A DNA stretch of 64,000 nucleotides, from the NCBI GenBank assembly GCA_049642065.1, contig JBAROK010000092.1, forward strand, positions 17,613 through 81,612, given 5' to 3'. Made by a program: the position numbers and the translations under genes. Below, piece by piece: positions 58,637-64,000 of the stretch. The stretch comes from Candidatus Omnitrophota bacterium (GTDB taxonomy: Bacteria; Omnitrophota; Gorgyraeia; Tantalellales; Tantalellaceae). Position 1 is the stretch's first letter. Each line of letters starts with the position of its first letter. A model generated the notes under the pieces. That model was not told where the DNA came from and did not search any database. It saw only the letters and a list, made by a program, of their open reading frames with translations.

Positions 58637-58675
58637 CAGAAAGGGAGCGATTTCACATCGTTCCCTTTCTGTTTT
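58637..58675 (+). terminator. intrinsic terminator
   Basis: 13-bp stem GAAAGGGAGCGAT/ATCGTTCCCTTTC (one G-U pair) with loop TTCAC, then TGTTTTT. Confidence 0.8.
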
Positions 58676-58702
58676 TATAGGTTAATACCAAGAGGGGGCT
58701 AG

Positions 58703-59059
58703 ATGACAGGCGAGAAAAGAAGGTATATGCGGTTTAACGTGCTGCTTGATGCTATATGTCGTAAGAACGGTAACCAGAAGAAATTAAAGGTAAATAACTT
58801 CAGTAAAGAAGGGGTCGGCATACTTAGCAAGGAATCATTCTCCGAAGGGGAGAATGTTGAAATAGAGTTGATGATACCCGGCGATAATGTCCCTGTGTTG
58901 CTTCAGGGAGAGATAGCTTGGTCAAGTGATCCGATAGTGGATAATATTCATCATAAAAGCGGAATGAAGTTTCAGAAGGTCAGTAACGAGGACAGAAGCA
59001 GGATACTTGAATACATTTATCATAAGTGGATGATGCCTGCCAGTGCTGACGCAAAATAA
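58703..59059 (+). CDS. single-domain PilZ protein, copy 2
   Basis: KRRYMRFNV and NFSKEGVGI motifs. 118 aa. Confidence 0.6.
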   Translation: MTGEKRRYMRFNVLLDAICRKNGNQKKLKVNNFSKEGVGILSKESFSEGENVEIELMIPGDNVPVLLQGEIAWSSDPIVDNIHHKSGMKFQKVSNEDRSRILEYIYHKWMMPASADAK

Positions 59060-59076
59060 ATGAAAGTGGAGGAGAA

Positions 59077-59583
59077 ATGAGCCCGAATGAAGAACAGAAC
59101 GAACAGAAGGCACCTGAAGAAGCAGGTAAAGAGGAACAGCCTGTAGAAGAAAAAGCACCTGCTGAAGAAACACCTGCAGCAGAAGAGAAAAAAGAAGAAG
59201 CTCCTGTTGAAGAAGCACCGGCAGCTGAAGAGAAGAAAGAAGAAGCACCCGTTGAAGAAGCACCGGCAGCTGAAGAGAAGAAAGAAGAAGCTCCTGCTGA
59301 AGAAGCACCGGCAGCAGAAGAGAAAAAAGAAGAAGCGCCTGCTAAGGAAGCACCGGCAGCTGAAGAGGTGAAGAAAGGTCCTTCGCGGCAGCCTAAGGCG
59401 AAAAAACCGGCTCAACCGACAGAATGCGCCGGATGCGCAAAGGCTCTGCGAAAGAAACTTTGGTATTACAGAAATGATGCCTTCTATTGCACGAAAAAGT
59501 GTTATACGAGGAAGGTAGAAGAAGAACGCAAGAAAGCTGAAGAAGAGGCGAAAAAAGCGGCCGAAGAAGGCGCAAAGGAATAG
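59077..59583 (+). CDS. acidic tandem-repeat protein with C-terminal TRASH/YHS-like zinc ribbon
   Basis: Four or more copies of the 15-aa repeat EEKKEEAPVEEAPAA. C-terminal C-x2-C-x17-C-x3-C (ECAGCAK...FYCTKKCY). RBS ggagg. Confidence 0.6.
   Translation: MSPNEEQNEQKAPEEAGKEEQPVEEKAPAEETPAAEEKKEEAPVEEAPAAEEKKEEAPVEEAPAAEEKKEEAPAEEAPAAEEKKEEAPAKEAPAAEEVKKGPSRQPKAKKPAQPTECAGCAKALRKKLWYYRNDAFYCTKKCYTRKVEEERKKAEEEAKKAAEEGAKE
59150..59360 (+). repeat. 45-bp coding tandem repeat (about 4.5 copies)
   Basis: The unit gaagagaagaaagaagaagc(a/t)cc(c/t)gttgaagaagcaccggcagct is repeated head-to-tail inside the CDS. Confidence 0.7.
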
Positions 59584-59611
59584 AACCCAAGCGCTAAACA
59601 TAGATACTCCA

Positions 59612-59663
59612 AACAAACCCAAAGTTCAAAAGCATAAACAGTTTTTTGGATTTTGGGTTTGTT
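59612..59663 (+). terminator. long inverted repeat / terminator-like hairpin
   Basis: AACAAACCCAAA ... TTTGGGTTTGTT 12-bp arms around a 28-nt loop that contains a T6 run. Confidence 0.45.
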
Positions 59664-59678
59664 AATTATAGTTTAATG

Positions 59679-60161
59679 AAAATGTTACCTAAAATTCTAG
59701 TAAGCAGTTGCCTGATAGGCAAAAAGTGCGCTTATGACGGGGAGGCAAGGACTTCAACGGCCGTTAAAGAGTGCTGCGAAACCTACGGATACATCTCCAT
59801 TTGTCCCGAGATGGAGGGAGGGCTTGGATGCCCGCGGGAACGGCACGAGATCGTAGGCGGCTCCGGTAGTGACGTGCTGGATGGCCGTGTCCGTGTAATA
59901 TCGATATCCGGTAAGGATATGACAGACAATTTCTTCAGCGGAGCAGAAAGGACGCTTAAAACGGCAAAAGCAAATGCGATAAAAGTTGCCGTTCTGAAAT
60001 CCCGAAGTCCCTCCTGCGGCAAGAATATGATCCATACTGGCAACTTTGACGGTGAGGCACGTGAAGGCTGCGGAGTGACTACAGCGCTTCTTGTAAGAAA
60101 CGGGATAAAAGTGTTCACGGAAAATGAAATCGATGAGATCAAACGTGAATTAAAGCCCTAG
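59679..60161 (+). CDS. DUF523-family protein (TudS-like Cys-rich small enzyme)
   Basis: ILVSSCLIGKKCAYDG...ISICPEMEGGLGCPRE matches the DUF523 Cys pattern. The 59679 start avoids the hairpin. Confidence 0.6.
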   Translation, partial: KMLPKILVSSCLIGKKCAYDGEARTSTAVKECCETYGYISICPEMEGGLGCPRERHEIVGGSGSDVLDGRVRVISISGKDMTDNFFSGAERTLKTAKANAIKVAVLKSRSPSCGKNMIHTGNFDGEAREGCGVTTALLVRNGIKVFTENEIDEIKRELKP

Positions 60162-60225
60162 TTTCTTGTCAAACTCAAAACCTTTGCGTTGAAAAATACT
60201 CCTTCCGTGTTATAATAATCTTGTT

Positions 60226-60573
60226 ATGAGCGAAGATTGCCTTTTCTGTAGAATAGTACAAAAGGAGATACCGGCGGATATCGTTTTTGAAGACGACGAT
60301 ATGATCGCTTTTAAGGACATCGATCCAAAAGCACCGGTCCATATCCTTTTCATACCGAAAAAGCATTTTGCTAATCTGAACGACATGTCCGATGAGGACG
60401 CCTGCGTTCTGGGAAGGATTCTTTCAAAGGTGAAGGATATCGCTGCGGAGAATGATGTGGCAAAAAGCGGATATCGTGTTGTGATAAACTGTAACGCGAA
60501 TGCCGGACAAGAAGTGTTCCATCTTCACGTTCATCTTCTTGGAGGTAGGAGTTTTGCCTGGCCGCCGGGATGA
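60226..60573 (+). CDS. HIT-family (histidine triad) hydrolase
   Basis: HLHVHLLGG histidine triad. N-terminal CLFCRI. Confidence 0.85.
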   Translation: MSEDCLFCRIVQKEIPADIVFEDDDMIAFKDIDPKAPVHILFIPKKHFANLNDMSDEDACVLGRILSKVKDIAAENDVAKSGYRVVINCNANAGQEVFHLHVHLLGGRSFAWPPG

Positions 60574-60619
60574 TCCGGGCATGTGAGATAAACAAACAGA
60601 ACTTATCTTGGAGGAAACA

Positions 60620-60982
60620 ATGGCACCAAAGACAGAGAGAAGGAAATACCCGCGAGTTAAAGACAAAGATATTTCTATTAAACTATCTGGGGAAGGGTTT
60701 GATGCGCTAACTCAGAGCCTTGACGTAAGTGCCTCGGGAGTGTACTGCAAGGTCACAGAGAAGATACCGCTAATGACGAGGGTTCAGGTGCTTCTTACGA
60801 TTCCGGCAAAGAACAACTCGACTCGTTCTATTAATATGAACATTGATGGGGTAGTAGTTAGAGAACATCCCGTCATGAAAGACGGGCGGGTGGAACATTA
60901 CGATGTGGCGATATTCTTCAGTTCTCTTATGCCCAAGGAACGTGATCTTTTGGTCAAGTATATCGAATCTAAAACAAAGTAA
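60620..60982 (+). CDS. single-domain PilZ protein, copy 3
   Basis: ERRKYPRV and SLDVSASGVYCKV motifs. RBS ggagg 5 nt upstream of the ATG at 60620. Confidence 0.6.
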   Translation: MAPKTERRKYPRVKDKDISIKLSGEGFDALTQSLDVSASGVYCKVTEKIPLMTRVQVLLTIPAKNNSTRSINMNIDGVVVREHPVMKDGRVEHYDVAIFFSSLMPKERDLLVKYIESKTK

Positions 60983-60990
60983 TCTGCACG

Positions 60991-61407
60991 ATGGTTATCA
61001 CAAAATATATATCAGTCGAAACCCAGGGTAACACGGATATTATTAATATAACTCCGTACTGCCAGGATATTGTGGACTCTACGAACTTGAAGGACGGGAT
61101 CATGACGGTGTTCAACCCCGGGTCCACCGGTAGCCTTACGACCATAGAATACGAACCAAACCTGGTAAAAGACTTCCAAGAAGCACTTGAAGTAATTGCT
61201 CCTTCGGACAAGACCTATGAACATGCCAAGACCTGGCATGATGATAACGGTTCCGCTCATATACGCGCCTCACTTATGGGACCTTCCATAACCGTTCCTT
61301 TTGCCAACAATGACCTGACATTAGGTACATGGCAGCAGATCGTGTTCTGCGATTTTGATACCCGTCCGCGCAGACGAGAACTGATTGTTCAGGTAATGGG
61401 GGAATGA
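60991..61407 (+). CDS. YjbQ/UPF0047-family protein, copy 2
   Basis: Paralog of 55382-55792 (ITKYISVETQ...FNPGSTGSLTTIEYEPNL...HIRASL). Confidence 0.7.
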   Translation: MVITKYISVETQGNTDIINITPYCQDIVDSTNLKDGIMTVFNPGSTGSLTTIEYEPNLVKDFQEALEVIAPSDKTYEHAKTWHDDNGSAHIRASLMGPSITVPFANNDLTLGTWQQIVFCDFDTRPRRRELIVQVMGE

Positions 61408-61414
61408 TCTGTAC

Positions 61415-61945
61415 ATGGGAGTCCTCATGAACCAAAATCCGGTCAAATTAGTGGCCAGCATCATTTTTAAAGAAGACGCTTCTCTTGCCGGTGCCGAGAA
61501 AAAACTTATACAAAAATATGGACCTCTAACCTCACTTGAGCGAATTTTACCGTTCGACTTTACGGATTACTATGAGGAAGAGTTCGGCAAGCCCCTGAAA
61601 CGCAAGCTTCTATGCTTTGAAAAACCTGTTGATATGGAAAAAATAGCGGATATAAAGTTAACAACCAACAGAATAGAAGATAGTTTTCGCGAGGACGATA
61701 AAAGAACGGTCAATATAGACCCTGGATACATAACCGAGGCTAAACTGGTCTTGCTTACCACCAAAGATTATAACCACAGGGTTTATCTCGGCAGGCGGAT
61801 ATTCGCAGAATCCACTTTATATTTTCAGGAGGGCACCTTTAAACCGTGGCCATGGACATATCCCGATTACGGGTCGCAGCCGCTTATATCATATTTCAAT
61901 GAAGTGCGTGCCTTATATGCCGAGGGCTTAAAAAAGAGCAAGTAG
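61415..61945 (+). CDS. conserved hypothetical protein (DUF4416-like)
   Basis: 176 aa soluble protein. No catalytic motif identified. Confidence 0.4.
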   Translation: MGVLMNQNPVKLVASIIFKEDASLAGAEKKLIQKYGPLTSLERILPFDFTDYYEEEFGKPLKRKLLCFEKPVDMEKIADIKLTTNRIEDSFREDDKRTVNIDPGYITEAKLVLLTTKDYNHRVYLGRRIFAESTLYFQEGTFKPWPWTYPDYGSQPLISYFNEVRALYAEGLKKSK

Positions 61946-62010
61946 GCGCTTGACATATGCGGCGTTTAGATGTTAGATATTAGATTCATGTTCACAACCT
62001 ATTAAAAATT

Positions 62011-62580
62011 ATGTTCGTTAAGAAAAAACATATACTTGTAATACTCTTTTCGTCACTCATCATATCGGTGGTCTTTTTGTCGACGCTGGCAGGATACATG
62101 CTTTATATCCAGTGGAAAAAAGACAGTTTCGCGTTAAACTATCGTGATTCAATATACAAGCTTACAGCCGAGCTGTTTAATAAAGATGTGGTATTGTCGA
62201 ACGTAAGCTTCAAAATAGGTGATCAGGAGCCGTTCTTGGGGAAACCTTTGTTCTCGGGAAGCATAAAGAACAATTCTAACAAGTCAATAACCTCCATCCT
62301 GCTTGAAGTATATATCCAGGAACCAAACGGGAACGTTGTTTACAGGGGATGGTATTATCCGTTAGGGGAACAGCCTTATGGTAACCCTTCGGTCTTCTTT
62401 GGGGCACATCCTACGAGGAACGTCCTCCTGCCGGGTGAAGGGATATCGTTCAGGCATCCCTTGCTGAATTGCTCAAAACAGTTAGTAGCAGAGGTTTCGG
62501 GAAAAAGCAAGTTCGCAAAACGCGATTCGCATAGCGGTTTAACTTTGTCGTATTCGATAGCGGGAATGAGCGTATTATGA
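62011..62580 (+). CDS. hypothetical membrane-anchored protein
   Basis: N-terminal TM helix. 189 aa. Stop overlaps the next start (ATGA). Confidence 0.4.
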   Translation: MFVKKKHILVILFSSLIISVVFLSTLAGYMLYIQWKKDSFALNYRDSIYKLTAELFNKDVVLSNVSFKIGDQEPFLGKPLFSGSIKNNSNKSITSILLEVYIQEPNGNVVYRGWYYPLGEQPYGNPSVFFGAHPTRNVLLPGEGISFRHPLLNCSKQLVAEVSGKSKFAKRDSHSGLTLSYSIAGMSVL

Positions 62581-64000
62581 AGAAACTGGTGGCAGCATTG
62601 ATCGCAGCAATACTTTTAGTGATCGCGCTTCTAATCATTGCTTTTCTATACATTGATCTTAGCGGACATCGCAATTTTGCCTATGAGGTGTTCGTAGGCG
62701 AACGGCTTTTTGGTTCGGTAAAGGTGGATAGATACGTTACCGAAAACAAAATTGTCTATAAAAGCTCATTAATATATCCGTATTCTCCCGAATATCCCTC
62801 AATAAGCGAGAAGCTTTTCTTGAACAAGTGGACCATGATGCCGCTTAAGTTTACGCAGGAAGCGGTAGGGTCAAGGGGTCAGAAACGGATAATTTCACTT
62901 GTTCAAGCCAGGGGAAAAACCAATTTTCTTTTTCTGGAGCACCCAAGATACATCGCTCTGAAAGGATTTGAAACAGGGGAAAAGACAATGATATTTTCAC
63001 CAAACGATATCATGTCTTATATGCCCGTAATGGAAAAATATAATTTCTGGAAAAAAGGCGTTCAGTTCTTTGAGATCATGGTGCCACCGACAGAACCTAT
63101 TCCACCTATGCGTGAAAAGATTGAAGTGAAGTATTTGAGTGACGAATATATTCTTGTTATGGGGCGACGGGTCGAAGCGGAGTGTTACAGCTTAAGCGCT
63201 AGAGGCATTCCTGAAGCCAGGGTATTTTTGTCTAAGTACGGACACAGGGTGCTAGCGCTAGAACTTGAAAAAGAAAAGATGAGGTTTAATCTTGCCGGGT
63301 ATATCGAAGGTCCAGGGAAGAGGTTAAAACCCTTGATGAAAAAAGTTTCGGTGTTTCTGGATACGATAAAGGCTGGGAAGAAGTCTCTTGAACAAGATGA
63401 GGCCAAAAGAGAAGGGATCATAGAAAAGTTCAGCCTGGCCGATAAATCGCAACGAAACGATGACGGGTCCGAAGAGGTGTTTTTTGAAAGCGACAACCTG
63501 ATATTTTCTGGCAAGCTATGGTATCCTACTACGGGGAACGGGCCTTTTCCTGCGGCCCTTATGGTGCCCAGTGACGGACCGACAACTGCGGGTGAGCGAT
63601 CCATGCTTGAGGCTATGGGTAAAGGGTTATCGGAAGATGGATTTGTCGCGTTACTTTTCGATAGTCCAGGCCAGGGTAAAAGCCAAGGATCTTTTTCGGG
63701 GCTGGGTGATGAGAAAAGGACAAATGACGTCGAAGCCGCTATAGATTTTCTTACGCAGCAGCCGTCAGTCATGAAAAGTGCTATTAATCTTATTGGATAC
63801 GGTGGAGGAGGGTACATAGCTCTTAGGGCCGCTTCAGAAGTGCCGGATGTGCGTTCATGCGTTGTTGTGGGGTTACCTTCGGGATTTGAAAAGAACGTGC
63901 TTTTTCATGATACCCCCCAGAAAGATATCCAAAAGCTTCTAGACGAACAGGGGATCGGGCCGTTCGATGACAAATTCATGGAGACGGTAGCTGTGATGGT
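62577..64000 (+). CDS. membrane-anchored alpha/beta-hydrolase-fold protein with non-canonical GYGGG elbow (3'-truncated by window edge)
   Basis: ORF open to the end of the window. The six-frame track omits it and lists only an antisense ORF here. N-terminal TM helix. C-terminal dienelactone-hydrolase/S9-like region FPAALMVPSDGP...LLFDSPGQGKS...NLIGYGGGGYIAL. Confidence 0.6.
   Translation, partial: MKKLVAALIAAILLVIALLIIAFLYIDLSGHRNFAYEVFVGERLFGSVKVDRYVTENKIVYKSSLIYPYSPEYPSISEKLFLNKWTMMPLKFTQEAVGSRGQKRIISLVQARGKTNFLFLEHPRYIALKGFETGEKTMIFSPNDIMSYMPVMEKYNFWKKGVQFFEIMVPPTEPIPPMREKIEVKYLSDEYILVMGRRVEAECYSLSARGIPEARVFLSKYGHRVLALELEKEKMRFNLAGYIEGPGKRLKPLMKKVSVFLDTIKAGKKSLEQDEAKREGIIEKFSLADKSQRNDDGSEEVFFESDNLIFSGKLWYPTTGNGPFPAALMVPSDGPTTAGERSMLEAMGKGLSEDGFVALLFDSPGQGKSQGSFSGLGDEKRTNDVEAAIDFLTQQPSVMKSAINLIGYGGGGYIALRAASEVPDVRSCVVVGLPSGFEKNVLFHDTPQKDIQKLLDEQGIGPFDDKFMETVAVM

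Noticed and set aside
59150-59360. Regular 45-bp direct repeats, considered as a CRISPR-like array
   Set aside because: Repeats are contiguous with no spacers, are in-frame coding repeats, and no cas genes are present. This is a protein tandem repeat.
59020-59622. 200-aa minus-strand ORF rich in F/C/R
   Set aside because: Mirror image of the acidic GAA/GAG-rich tandem repeat. The + strand ORF has an RBS and a Cys4 ribbon.
63185-63817. 210-aa minus-strand ORF listed in the track
   Set aside because: Antisense to the long + strand hydrolase-like ORF that runs off the window end. The + frame shows alpha/beta-hydrolase features.

Overview
This 64-kb window looks like chromosomal DNA from a diderm (Gram-negative-type) bacterium with moderate GC. 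Almost every gene is on the + strand; the only clear minus-strand genes are an ExeA/GspB-like pair at 56.2-57.7 kb. Genes are tightly packed, with many 1-4-nt start/stop overlaps that suggest long operons.

The first ~34 kb is largely housekeeping:
- mismatch repair (mutS 3' end, mutL) and nth;
- a lipoprotein SNase-type nuclease and an aminotransferase;
- LeuC/LeuD-type aconitase subunits;
- lipB coupled to a stand-alone lipoyl-domain protein;
- an envelope glycolipid block (MGDG-synthase-like GT, lipid-A-type acyltransferase, GT2, DUF368);
- a cobalamin riboswitch with its own terminator, followed by btuB-like TonB-dependent receptor and TonB-like genes;
- MarR-TolC-RND efflux genes and a double-M16 peptidase;
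- Memo-like, patatin-like, aroQ, an M24 peptidase, efp, accBC, gmhA, hldE-C, thiC and a PfkB kinase.

A tRNA-Gly(CCC) at 34711-34784 is followed by a region of small, duplicated, mostly secreted or membrane proteins: a Cys-rich mini-protein, two tandem G/T/V-repeat secreted paralogs, a thioredoxin fused to a GspB-like domain, two tandem 2-TM paralogs and a SYLF protein. After that comes a tightly overlapping SDR epimerase, Cys-elbow hydrolase, MR/MLE enolase and GH3 amido-synthetase operon, ending in a T18 tract and a terminator.

An accessory-looking stretch at 44.0-47.7 kb carries a K+ channel, a decayed kptA remnant, about 590 bp of AT-rich non-coding DNA with a consensus-like promoter, and an AAA ATPase (PF01637-like) translationally coupled to a metallophosphoesterase. 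This pair is the best candidate here for an undescribed two-gene, defence-like module.

The last ~15 kb is rich in c-di-GMP-type signalling and envelope proteins: a GAF-GAF-HD-GYP operon, three single-domain PilZ proteins, a divergent ExeA/GspB-like pair, a small secreted protein resembling an exosortase-associated family, and an acidic tandem-repeat protein with a TRASH-like zinc ribbon. It also holds two YjbQ paralogs, aroB, dgt, HIT and hydrolases with non-canonical nucleophile elbows.

No CRISPR array, rRNA, integrase or transposase was seen. All calls rest on reading motifs by eye; no searches were run.
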